From: Heterodontus francisci
Taxonomy: Eukaryota
Length of the DNA: 64,000 nt
Assembly: GCF_036365525.1 (NCBI RefSeq)
Contig: NC_090404.1
Location: 1,984,001-2,048,000 of the forward strand
Direction: 5' to 3'
The stretch's first letter is position 1. Each line of letters opens with the position of its first letter. The position numbers were made by a program, and so were the translations under genes. Shown piece after piece: positions 38,290 through 49,654 of the stretch. The notes under the pieces were generated by a model. That model saw nothing but the letters and a program-made list of their open reading frames with translations, had not been told where the DNA came from and did not search any database.

Positions 38290-40165
38290 GGGATATCACT
38301 GTTACAACCTCAGGTCTTCCTATGGTATGAGTAGATCTTAAATCTGAACAAAGCAAACTATGTAGGTATGGGGGTGAGTTGGCTCAGATAGATTGGGAAA
38401 ATAGATTAAAAGATATGATGGTAGATAAGCAATGGCAAACATTTAAAGAGTTAATTCATAATATGCAACAAATATACATTCCAGTAAAGACTAAAAAAAG
38501 GGAAAAGTGGGCATACCATGGTAGACAAGAGAAATTAAAGACGGTATTTGATTAGAAAAGAATAGTAAGCCTGAGGATTGGGTGGATTTTAGAATTCAGG
38601 AAATGATGACCAAGAAAATAATAAAGAAAGAGAAAATAGAATATGAGACTCAACTAGTAAAAGACACAAAACAGATTATAAAAGTTTCTGTAGGTATGTA
38701 AAAAGGAAAAGATTAACGAGAATGAACATAAGTGTCTTAGAGGCAGAGACAGGAGAAATTATAACAGGGAATAAGGAAAAAGCAGACATTAAACAAATAC
38801 TTTGTCTCTGCCTTCATGGTCGAAGACACAAAACAAATTCTGGAAGTAGTGGGAACGAAGGGTCTAATGAGAATGAGGAATTTAGGGATATTAGTATCAG
38901 TAAAAAATTAGTACAGGAGAAATTAACGGGACTTAAAAATCGACAAATCCCTGGATCTGATGACCTGCATCCTCGGGTTTTAAAAGAGGTAGCTGTAGAG
39001 ATGGTGGATGTATTGGTTTTAATGTTCCAGAATTTCCTCGATTCTAGAACGGTTCCCATGGATTGGAAGGCAGTAAAATATAACCTCACTATTCAAGAAA
39101 CAAGGGAGAGAGAAAACCGGGAGCTGTCGACCAAATTGCCTGACATCAGTATTAGGGAAAATGCTAGAATCTATTATCAGGAACGTGATAACAGAGCACT
39201 TAGAAAATCATAATATTTGATTTGGCAGAGTCAACGCGGATTTATAAATGGGAAATTGTGTTTTACAATTCCGCTAGAGTTTTTGAGGGTGTAACTCGCA
39301 GGTTAGATCAGGGGAAACCAGTGAATATAGTGGAGAATAGAAAGAGGGTGCAAAGGGACATGGACAGAATAAGTGATTGGGGAAGATGGAGTAAAATGTG
39401 GGGAAGTGTGAAGTTATCCACTTCAGAAGGAAAAATAGAAAAGCAGAATACCAAGTAATTGGTGAAAAACTGGGAAATGTTGGTATTTAGAGGGACCAAT
39501 TCGGTGAAAGACGCCCTTTGGTCTGCCCGAAACTTGCTGGTCTTCCAGCGCAAAGAGTTGTCCACCACCGAATGTTGCAGACTGGCACATTCCAAGGTCC
39601 AGGACTACGTGCTGAGGGACGCACTAAAGCTTGGGGCAGCCGCAGCAAAGGCTCAATGGGGAAAGACCACAGTGTAAGGTTCCCCCACCAAGCTGGACTG
39701 AGGGGCTGGATTCATGGGAAACCCCTCGAACTGTATCGTTAATATTCTCAATTGCTGTAAATGTAAAACTGTAATTGACATGACAATTGTGAAACGGAAG
39801 GGTTGGGAAGAAACTCATGACATTATTGAAAGAAACTGATCTCTTTTGCAATGTTTGTATTTTTTGGTGCTGTTTGGAAACTGTTTGGCAATGTAATTTT
39901 TACAGATTTTTATGAATAAAGTATATTTTGGAAATAAAAAAAAGTTGGTATTTAGAGGGACCTGGGTGTTATTGTACATGAATCACAGAAAGTTAACATG
40001 CAGGTGCAGCAATCAATTGGGAAAGCAGATAGTAGGTTTGCCTTAATTACAAAGGGATTGGAGTATAAGAGTGAAGAAGTCTTACTACAGTTGTATAGGG
40101 TCTTGGTGAGACCACACCTGAAGTACCGTGTACAGTTTTGGTCTCCTTACCTAAGGAAGGATGTA
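38290..40165 (+). mobile_element. Old degenerate CR1 LINE ORF2 fragment
   Basis: PGSDDLHPRVLKEVA, VPMDWK, and an LVRPHLKY-type segment. Confidence 0.8.
39498..39943 (+). mobile_element. Keno-like Tx1 3' fragment with a 19-bp TSD
   Basis: TSD gttggtatttagagggacc at 39479-39497 and 39944-39962. NSVKDALWSARN..QWGKTTV*, 3' UTR and poly(A) match 36216-36660. Confidence 0.93.
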
Positions 40166-40873
40166 CTTTATTAAACTTAAACTCTAATTCGGTTAACACC
40201 TAAGGATATGTGATGTGCCCAATCTAGCAATATATATGCGATACACACATACAGATAGAGACAGAAAAGAGCAGAAGAAATAAAGTGGAAAAGCTTGAGG
40301 AAATAGCTGAAGATGGTTTTGGTTACTGTTCTTCGAGCTCGCTGTAAAGTCCTTGATTGCAGGTAGGTCTTGCTTTTCATTGGGGCCCAGTATTCTTCTT
40401 AAACCTTGACCTTTCTCTCTTGAAGTTCATGTGTCCTTAGTGGGTCCAGAGGCTTGTGAGAAAGAGATGGGAGCAGACAGGAGAGGTCTGCTCACTCCAG
40501 GAGCAAACAATCTTTCTGACTTCAAATTCTCTGTGGCTAGTTCAAAAAAAAACCCTGGACCTGCCAGTTAGTCATGTAACCAGCTGGTTTAACCAGTCCT
40601 GGCTTCTGTAGATTGTATCACCTTAGCAGTCTCTGGAATGCTGTCCCTTACACCTTCAATGTCTGGTGATCAAAATCCATTGTAGATTAAGTGGACCAGG
40701 CAATAGCCCTTTGTCTCCACAAGCACTGTCTGTTCGTGCGCAAATGTCCTTTCAGCCAAGTGTCTGGTGATTTTTTAACAAGTCCTTTCTTCACTCCCGC
40801 AACAGTTTAAAATCAATGTTCATGTGAGAAAATTAATATGCCTCATTCTTGGCAGGTGGGGGTCTGCATGACA
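40165..40873 (-). mobile_element. Partial solo LTR
   Basis: The minus strand starts TGTCATGCAGACCCCC at 40873, is non-coding and has AATAAA near its far end. It interrupts or replaces part of the CR1 3' region. Confidence 0.5.
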
Positions 40874-41339
40874 GTACGAAGCGGATTAAGGGATATTGGA
40901 AAAGTGCAGAAAGGTAAAAGGTCAGTCATGATCATATTGAATGGTGGAGCAGGCTTGAACGGTCAAATGGCCTCCTCCTGCTCCTATTTCTGATGTTTTA
41001 ATGCTCTAATGTAGATACTCGACAGTGAGAGCCAACTACCTTCATAACAAGATGGTCAGATGGCTCAATGTGATTACTGATATTGAACCTGGGAAGGGAT
41101 CTATGGCAGACCCGGACTGTAACAAAGGATATGTGATAGGTGTACATGATGATAAAATAACAAGTAAAGGTGAGCATCAATCGACTGTTCCCATTGACAG
41201 GAGGACATTTACCATTATAATGTGTGATGACCTGCTTCAGTGACACCATCAGATATCTGAATAACACACCCACACCAGGAACACTGTCTAAAGTATTCGT
41301 ACTATACCTGCAGCAGTAAAAGCACCGGGTGTTTTTTTA

Positions 41340-42020
41340 AATATTCTTTCATGGCTTGTGAGCATTGCTGTCAAGGCCAACATTTACTGCCCATCCCTAA
41401 TTGCCCTTGATAAGGTGGTGGTGAACTGCTTCCTTGAACTGCTGCAGTCCATCTGGTGTACGTGCATCCACAGTGCTGTTAGGAAGGGAGTTACAGGTTT
41501 TTCACTAAGTGACAGTGAAGGAACAGCGATATGGTTCCAAGTCAGGATGGTGGATGATTTGGAAAGAAACTTGCAGGTGGTGGTGTTCCCATGCGTCTGC
41601 TGCCCTTGTCCTTCTAGGTAGTAGAGGTGGCGGGTTTGGAAGGTGTTGTCGAAGGAGCCTTGGTGAGTTGCTGCAGTGGATCTTATAGATGGTATACAGA
41701 CTACTGCCACTGTGCGTCAGTGGTGGAGGGAGTGAACGTTTAATGTGATGAATGGGGTGCCTATCAAGTGGGCTGCTTTGTCCTGGATGGTGTCGAGATC
41801 CTTGAGTGTTGTTGGAGTTGCACCCATCCAGGTAACTATTTCATCACACTCCTGACTTGTGCCTTGCAATTGGTGGACTGGCTTTGGGGAGTCAGGAGGT
41901 GAGTTACTCACAGCAGAATTCCCTGAATGTCAAGGGGAGATGGTTAGATTCTCTCATTGGAGATGGTCATTGCCTGGCACTTGGGTGGCGTGAATGTTAC
42001 TTGCCACTTATCAGCCCGTG
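41340..42020 (-). mobile_element. CR1/L2-group LINE 3' fragment with internal deletion
   Basis: Reverse complement of the 4100-4900 family (WMGATPTTLKDLDTIQDKA) and the same 3' tail. Confidence 0.85.
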
Positions 42021-43217
42021 TATCACACACACACATACCAGTAACACTGTCTAAGGTAATATTCTGTCTATCTACATCTATGTTTCTCTCTCTCTTTCGC
42101 TCATTCTCTCATTATGTATTTATTTATATAAGATGTGCGAGTCTCCAAATAGGTTCATTATTATGTGGAACATTCCCCATTACAATTTCACTGTTGAATT
42201 TCCAGTAGCTGTTACTGATTTGCAGAATTGTGCCGGGGTTCAGAACCAGGAGGAAGAGGTACCTTTTACCGATCACCCACCCAGACACAGGTCAGTGGGT
42301 TGCTCACAGAACCGGTCACTGCTGTCCTCAAGATCAACAGCGGAAACGCCTGTTTAGACAGAGTCCTTATCAGCAACAAGCAGCAACACACAGTCACCCA
42401 GAACTAAACTAAACTCACTCCAGCAGCAATGATTGATAGAAACCGCACTCTAAATGTTTCCCTGACTGGGCTGGAGTTTCTAAGCTGCCTGTGATACCCA
42501 GCCTGGAATGTCCCACCTCCTGTGTTTTCCATCCTGTTTCCGTTTAGGCTGTGTTGTGAAGCCTGGCCCAGGGCTCACTGAGGCTGCCCCAAGTTCGACT
42601 AACCCATTACTGATGGGATTTAAGGAGAGTGGGATCTTTTCCCCAGTATGTTTGACAAGGGTTGATGTAATGGACAGTGTTCCTCACAATGGGGTGCAGT
42701 GCTGCAGTGGTTGTGTTACCGGACCCGGAATCCAGAAGCCTGGATTAATCCAGTAAATTCATAAATCCCACCAGTCTGAGAATTCGAAATTCAGTTTAAA
42801 TTGATAAAAATCATGTTGAGAGGTGGGGTTTTAAATGCTCGGATTTGTGGAATACAACTTGCTTTCAACTGATCCACAGCTTTAGGATATAAACAACCAT
42901 CCACAATCCAGTTATAAACAAATTATTCAACTGGAATGTAAGCACAGAACTGAAGGAAGGAGCTGGGTGAATATTATTATTCCAGTAGTTCAGGGGCAGG
43001 TTCTGATAGAGACAATCAGTACTGCAAGGGACAGAATGGATCCTGTCAGGGGGGAATGATCCAGACACATGCTTGATGGAGATGTGAGGATTGATGATTA
43101 TTCAGGAGATTTCTTTAATTGTATTTGGCAGTCGGGGAGCTTTTCGACAGAGATTTTCCTCAGACGATTAAATACAATGGGTACAGTTGATGACGGGGAG
43201 AGTGTACATAGTATGTG

Positions 43218-43666
43218 AAAGGGGATAAACGGGTGGGTAGTCCCAGGACAGTGTAGATTGTACATGGACTGTGGAAGGTGATTAAATGGGTGGGTAGTCC
43301 CAGGACAGTGTAGATTGTACATGGACTGTGGAAGGTGATTAAATGGGTGGGTAGTCCCAGGACAGTGTAGATTGTACATGGACTGTGGAAGGTGATTAAA
43401 TGGGTGGGTAGTCCCAGGACAGTGTAGATTGTACATGGACTGTGGAAGGTGATTAAATGGGTGGGTAGTCCCAGGACAGTGTAGATTGTACATGGACTGT
43501 GGAAGGTGATTAAATGGGTGGGTAGTCCCAGGACAGAGTGGATTGTACATGGACTGTGGAAGGAGATTAAACAGGTGGGTAGTCCCAGGACAGTGTAGAT
43601 TGTGCATGGACTGTGGAAGGAGATTAAATGGGTGGGTAGTCCCAGGACAGTGTGGATTGTACATGG
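43218..43666. repeat. 57-bp minisatellite, ~8 copies
   Basis: Unit gggtgggtagtcccaggacagtgtagattgtacatggactgtggaaggtgattaaat. Period 57. Confidence 0.95.
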
Positions 43667-44084
43667 AATAAAAAAGAAAGTGCTGGAAATATTCAGCAGG
43701 TCTGGCAGCATCTGTGGAGAGAGAAGCAGAGTTAACATTTCATGTCAGTGACCTTTCATCAGAACTGGCAAAAATTAGAAATGTCATCGGCTCTGAGCAA
43801 GTGAAACTGTTCTTTGGGGTCGTTCACTAAATCAGAACCATATTTCCATATGTAAAACACTGTGCTTATTCTTTTTAGTAACATGGTTCCCTCTGGGAGG
43901 TCCCCTGTTCAGTTTAAACGGTGCTGTGAACTCCTACAGGAAGCTTAAGTAGAAGGAAATAGACCTGAGGTTGTTGCCAAGTTTCGCACATCTGTCAACG
44001 AAGAATGAAAATATCAAACCGCTTTCTGGTAAATCAACAGCTGCACATTGAGAGATTGTGTTCAAATTTGTCCTATACATAGGA

Positions 44085-45750
44085 ATGTCGGAACAGGAGT
44101 CGACCATTCAGCCCCTCGATCCTGTCCACCATTTAATTAGATTATGGCAGCTTTGTATCTGAACTCCATTTACCCACCTTGGTTCCATATCCTTTAATAC
44201 GCGTAAACTAACAAAATTCTGTCAATCTCAATATTGAAATTTTCAATTGACTCTCCCAGCCTCAACAGCTTTTCAGGGGAGAGAGTTCCCCATTTCCACT
44301 CCCCTTTGTGTGAAGAGGTGCTTCCTGACAGCACCCCTGAATGGCCTTGCTCTAATTTTAATGTTATGCCCCTTGTTCTGGACTCCCCCCACCAGAGGAA
44401 ATAGTTTCTCTCTATCTACCCTATCAAATCCTTTAATCATCTTAACCACCTCAATTAGATCACCCTTTAAACTTCTATATTCGAGAGAATACAAGTCTAG
44501 TCTATGGAGTCAGGTGAATCTGCACTGCCTCATCTCCAAGGCCAATACATCCTTCCTGAGGTGCGGTGCCCAGAACTGAACACAGTAACTCCCCTTATGG
44601 AATATTTATTTCAATCAGCTTTGTGATTGATGTAAATGACATCCTCTGTCTCTGTCACCATGGTGCACGATCCCTCCTCATCCTTCTCAACATGTCTGCA
44701 GCCTTTGACACTGTTGACCACACCATCCTGCTCCAATTCTTCTCCTCATTTGTCCAGCAGAGTGGGACTGCCCTCATCTGGTCCCACTCTTACCTATCCA
44801 GTTGTAGCCAAACAATCACCTGCAATGGTTTCTCTTCCTGTCCCCACACCATTACCTCTGGAGTTAACCAAGGATCTATCCTTGGCTTCCCTCCTATTTA
44901 TCATCTACATGCTGCCCCTCGGTGACATCATCCAAAGACATGACGCGATGTTCCACATGTATGTTCACAATACCCAGCTCTACCTCATCAGCACCTCTCT
45001 CACCCATCCACTGCCTTTGTGTTGTTTAACTGCTTGTCAGAAATCCAATCCTCAATGAGCGACAATTTCCTCCAATTAAACGCAGTCACACAGCACAGAA
45101 GGAGGCCATTCGGCCCATTGTGTGTGTGAGATAGAGCTACCCAATTATTCCCATTCCCCTGCTCTTTCTCTAAAGCCCTACAGTGTTTTTTTCTTCAAAT
45201 ATTTATATAATTCACTTGTGAAAGTTACAGTTGAATCTGCTTCTACCACCCTTTCAGGCAGTGTGTTCAAGATCATAACAACTTGCTGTGTTAAAGAAAT
45301 TCACCTCATCTTCCCTCTGGTTTTATTGAAAATTACCCCCAATCTGTGTTCTCTGTTTATCAACCCTCCTGCCAATGGAGTCGGTTTCTCTCGATTTACT
45401 CTATCAAGAACCTTCATAATATTGAAGACTCTCAACTTTCTCTGCTCTAAAGACAACAATCCCAGCTTCTCTAGTCTCTCCACATAACTGAAGTACCTCA
45501 TTCCCTGCTCCCATTTGAATTGGGAAGATCAATGCCATTGTCTTCAGCTTCCACCACAAATTCTGTTCTCCAGCCACTTGTTCCACCTCCCTCCCTGACT
45601 GAACTCGCCTCTTCCTGATCATTGGCATCCTGTTTGATTCTGAGTTGAACTTCCAATCCCATATCCTCTCCATCACAAAGACTGCTTACTTCCTTCTCAG
45701 TAACACTGCATTTCTCCACCTCTTCCTCAATGTATCAGCTACTAAAACCT
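44085..45750. mobile_element. Cluster of old LINE fragments: CR1 3' ends (-) at ~44085-44580 and ~45085-45510, L2 RT (+) at ~44630-45750
   Basis: YSLEYRSLKGDLIEVVK; LLNMSAAFDTVDHTILL..GVNQGSILG (L2-type); SYVERLEKLGLLSLEQR. Confidence 0.75.
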
Positions 45751-45890
45751 TCCTCTCTGCTGTACCTGTCCTGGGAGTGTTTGCTGGGGACAGCGTAGAG
45801 GGAGCTTTACTCTGTATCTAACCCCATTTTTTTTTTTATATTTTTAAAATAACTTTATTAAAACCAGATAAATAAACAAAAAAACTCAAA

Positions 45891-48800
45891 TTAAAATGCC
45901 ATTCTCGGCGTCGACGATGCACTCCAGTCCCTGCGGTGCCCACCGGTCGCGGAAGGCCTCAAGCGTACCGGCGGACACCGCATGCTCCTTTTCCAGGGAC
46001 ACCCGGGCGCGAACGTAACCGCGGAAGAGGGCAGGCAATCGGGGAGGACGGACCCCCCGACGGCCCGCAACCTGGACCTGTGAATTGCCACCTTGGCCAG
46101 GCCCAGGACCAGACCGACGAGGAGATCCTCCTCCCGGCCCAAGCCCCTCCGCACCGGGTGCCCAAAGATCAGGAGCGTGGGACTGAAGTGCAGCCAGAAT
46201 TTGAGGAGCAGCCCCTTCAGATACTCAAATAGGGGCTGCAACCTCGCACACTCCGTATAAATGTGGAACACGGACTCGTCCAGGCCGCAGAAAGTACAGC
46301 TGGTCTGGGAGTCCGTGAACCTACTTAAAAGCCTATTGCACGGGACTGCACTGTGCAGCACCCTCCACCCCAGGTCCCCGATGTAAAGGGGGAAGACTCC
46401 CGCGTAGAGAGACCTCCATCGGGGTTTCCCCTCGCCGCCAGATGGCAACGCGGACCGCCAGGGCGTGTCCGGCCGGCTGATGAGGGCGAGGAAGTGGAGA
46501 GTGTGCAGGAGCAGCCCGTACAGGAAACCCCTCCGCGCCGATTGGAATGGCACGGAGGGCATTTCCGAGAGGCGGCTCGGGTTGTGCGGGACCGGCTCCC
46601 GAGGAGGGTTTCGGGGCCTGGGTCCGATGAGCAGTTCCGGCCGAGTGGGGGTCAGCTCGGCCGGGATCGCTCCGCACTCCCGAGCCCCCTCGCCACCCGC
46701 AGTGAGGGGCGTCCCGGGGGTTTCGGCTACTCCTCCGCCCGCCGGACCGTCCCCGGAGTCGGCCGCCCGGACAGCCGAGGCGCTCTCCTCCGCCGGCGGG
46801 GGAGCGCCCTGACTGGAGGCGACCATGTTCCAGACTCGGAAAAGATCCCGGTAAAAGACAGGCAACTCCCTCAGAGAGGCGCGGCTAACAGACTCCACCG
46901 GGAGCTGCGTGTCCTCTTGAAGGCAGTGACACTGGCGGAAAAAATACGTCGCCAGCGCACACCATCTGGGAGGACGCTCGACGTACAGGTATCTCTGCAG
47001 GGTCCGAAGGCGGAGAGTCGCAGCCTGGGTGCGGACGCACACCAGCGACTGACCGCCCTCCTCGATCGGGAGACTCAGGACCGTGGCAGAGACCCAGTGT
47101 TTCCTCTTGCCCCAGAAGAAATCGACGAGTTTCTTCTGGATCTTGGTGGCAAATACAGGGGGTGGGGCCAAAGTGACCAACCGGTACCACAGCATGGAGG
47201 CCACCAGTTGGTTTATGACCAACGCTCGGCCCCTGTAGGAAAGCACTCGGAGCAGTCCTGTCCAGCGCCCCAGCCGAGCGGTGACTTTCGCCTCCAACTC
47301 CTGCCAGTTTGCCGGCCAGGCTTCCTCAGCGGGGCTAAGGTGGACTCCCAGATAGAGGAGGTGCGTGGTGCTCCACGCAAAAGGTGTCATCTCCTCCGGC
47401 AGGGAGTCCACCCGCCACTGACCAACCAGGAGTCCGGAACATTTCTCCCAATTGATCCTCGCGGAGGACGCGGCAGAAAAGGTCTGCTGGCAGTCGCGCA
47501 TCCTCCGCAAGTCAACGGGAACTGTGATTGCGAGGAGCACGTCGTCGGTGTAAGCCGAGAGGACGACCCGCATGGCCGGCTCGCGCAGAGCCAATCCCGT
47601 CAACCTCCTGCGAAGCAGGCACAGGAAGGGCTCCACGCAGATGGTATACAATTGGCCGGACATGGGGCACCCCTGACGCACTCCTCTCCCAAATCGAAGG
47701 GGCGCCTTCAAGGACCCGTTAACTTTGACTAGCCACTCTGCGGCGGCGTATAAAAGTCGGACCCGGGCCACGAAATGCGGCCCGAGTCCGAAAGTGCGCA
47801 GAGTCCCGAAAAGGTAATCGTGATCCACCCTGTCGAACGCCTTCTCCTGATCGAGGGAGAGAAAGGCGACCGACTGACCAGTCCTCTGGGAAAGATGGAT
47901 CAGGTCCCGGACCAGGTGGATGTTGTCCTGGATGGACCGGCCCGGGACCGTGTAGGACTGGTCGGGGTGGATCATGTGGGCCAGCACGGAGCCCAGGCGG
48001 GTAGACATAGCCCGGGCAAAGATCTTATAATCCGTGCTGAGGAGGGAGACCGGACGCCAGTTTTTAAGCAGGCGGAGATCGCCCCTCTTCGGCAGCAGGA
48101 CAATGACCGCCCTGCGCCACGAGAGGGGCATCTCCCCGATCGCCAGGCTTTCCCCCAGGACCCGCGCGTAATCGTCCCCCAGGACGTCCCAGAACGCCCT
48201 GAGGAACTCCACGGTCAACCCATCCAGCCCTGGGGATTTGCCCCTCGAGAGCTGGTGGAGGGCGCCAGTCAGCTCCGCCAACGTGAACGGAGCCTCCAAT
48301 CCTTCGGCGCCCTCCGGGCTGACCTGCGGCAGGTCCTCCCACAAAACTCTGCGCGCATCCTCGCTGGACGGATCCGGAGAGAACAACGCACTGTAATAAG
48401 TCCGGACCAGGAGGCCCATTCCCTCCGGATCCGTGATGGAGGATCCGTCGTCGGCCAGCAGCTCGACGAGCTGCTTACGGACCCCCCGCCATTTTTCCAG
48501 CGAGTAGAAGAAGGGTGAGGCGCGGTCCAAATCTTCCAGGATCTGGATCCGCGACCTCACGTACGCGCCTCGGGACCCTATGAGCTGCAGGTTCCTCAGC
48601 GCGCCCTTCTTCTCTTTGTACGCCTGCCACAGGGCCGGGTCCACGACGGCATGACCGAGGCGGGACTCCAAGTCGAGCAACTCCCTCTCAAGGCGCCCGA
48701 TCTCGGCTTCCCGCCTCTTGGTCGACCCCCTCGCGTACTCCTGACAGAAGACGCGGATGTGAGTCTTGCCCACATCCCACCATAGCCTCAAGGAGGGGAA

Positions 48801-49622
48801 GCCCCCCTGCTTCCTTCTCCAGTCGGCCCAGAATCGACAGAACGAGTCCCGAAATCGCACGTCCTCCAGCAGCCGGTTGTTAAAGTGCCAGTACGCGGAC
48901 CCCGCCCGCGTGCGGAGCGGAGTGAACTCCGCCCACACCAGGCGGTGGTCCGAGCACGGCACCAGCCGCATGGAGGCCGCCGAAACGCGGGAGACGTACG
49001 CCTGTGAAATGTAGAGGCGGTCGATTCGCGACCCCCCTCCTCCAGACCTCCACGTGAAGGCGCTGGAGTCAGGATGGAGATTCCGCCAGACGTCCACCAA
49101 GTTAAGGGAGCTGATCAGTCCCCTCAACTTCTCCACCGACGCTTGGCCGCGCTGGGGACCGGAGCAATCCCCCACCTCGAGGGTGCAGTTAAAATCCCCC
49201 CCGAGGATGATGCACTCGCCGCTATCGATGGAGCTCAAGAGAGCGGACACTTCTTCAAAGAAGCGCGCTTGCAAAGCGCCGGGCCTGGGCGCGTACACAT
49301 TCACAAAGTGGAGCGGCACGCTACCCAGGCGAATGGCGAGGTGGAGCAAGCGGCCCGGCACTAGCTCCTTAACCCCCAAGATCTCCGGCTGAAAAGTCGG
49401 GGCCAACAAGATAGCCACCCCACTAGAAATAGGGGTGAGGTGACTCATGTAGACCCCACCCTGCCACTCCAGGAGCCAGGTGGCTTCGTCTCCCGGAACG
49501 GTGTGGGTTTCCTGCAGAAAGCTCACCGCGTATCTCCCTTCCCTAAGGACTGAGAGATTATGAAATCTGCGGTGAGCCCCTCTGCTGCCGTTGATGTTGA
49601 GGCTGGCTATGGTTATCTTCAT
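45891..49622 (-). CDS. Tx1-type ORF2: APE endonuclease, reverse transcriptase, C-terminal zinc finger (probable late frameshift)
   Basis: IASLNING, FLQETH, GGDFNC, SRIDR, SDH, KSPGLDG, NWRPVSLL, LDQEKAFDRV, GVRQGCPMS, YTDD, CTFC..ESVFHIYTEC. Confidence 0.93.
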   Translation of the reverse strand: MKITIASLNINGSRGAHRRFHNLSVLREGRYAVSFLQETHTVPGDEATWLLEWQGGVYMSHLTPISSGVAILLAPTFQPEILGVKELVPGRLLHLAIRLGSVPLHFVNVYAPRPGALQARFFEEVSALLSSIDSGECIILGGDFNCTLEVGDCSGPQRGQASVEKLRGLISSLNLVDVWRNLHPDSSAFTWRSGGGGSRIDRLYISQAYVSRVSAASMRLVPCSDHRLVWAEFTPLRTRAGSAYWHFNNRLLEDVRFRDSFCRFWADWRRKQGGFPSLRLWWDVGKTHIRVFCQEYARGSTKRREAEIGRLERELLDLESRLGHAVVDPALWQAYKEKKGALRNLQLIGSRGAYVRSRIQILEDLDRASPFFYSLEKWRGVRKQLVELLADDGSSITDPEGMGLLVRTYYSALFSPDPSSEDARRVLWEDLPQVSPEGAEGLEAPFTLAELTGALHQLSRGKSPGLDGLTVEFLRAFWDVLGDDYARVLGESLAIGEMPLSWRRAVIVLLPKRGDLRLLKNWRPVSLLSTDYKIFARAMSTRLGSVLAHMIHPDQSYTVPGRSIQDNIHLVRDLIHLSQRTGQSVAFLSLDQEKAFDRVDHDYLFGTLRTFGLGPHFVARVRLLYAAAEWLVKVNGSLKAPLRFGRGVRQGCPMSGQLYTICVEPFLCLLRRRLTGLALREPAMRVVLSAYTDDVLLAITVPVDLRRMRDCQQTFSAASSARINWEKCSGLLVGQWRVDSLPEEMTPFAWSTTHLLYLGVHLSPAEEAWPANWQELEAKVTARLGRWTGLLRVLSYRGRALVINQLVASMLWYRLVTLAPPPVFATKIQKKLVDFFWGKRKHWVSATVLSLPIEEGGQSLVCVRTQAATLRLRTLQRYLYVERPPRWCALATYFFRQCHCLQEDTQLPVESVSRASLRELPVFYRDLFRVWNMVASSQGAPPPAEESASAVRAADSGDGPAGGGVAETPGTPLTAGGEGARECGAIPAELTPTRPELLIGPRPRNPPREPVPHNPSRLSEMPSVPFQSARRGFLYGLLLHTLHFLALISRPDTPWRSALPSGGEGKPRWRSLYAGVFPLYIGDLGWRVLHSAVPCNRLLSRFTDSQTSCTFCGLDESVFHIYTECARLQPLFEYLKGLLLKFWLHFSPTLLIFGHPVRRGLGREEDLLVGLVLGLAKVAIHRSRLRAVGGSVLPDCLPSSAVTFAPGCPWKRSMRCPPVRLRPSATGGHRRDWSASSTPRMAF

Positions 49623-49654
49623 GTCAAAGGTACTTAAAACCCGTCACCAACACC

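Noticed and set aside
43098-43738. 188-aa and 192-aa repetitive ORFs
   Set aside because: Translations of the 57-bp minisatellite.
46353-48518. 459-aa and 247-aa plus-strand ORFs
   Set aside because: Antisense shadows of the GC-rich Tx1 ORF2.
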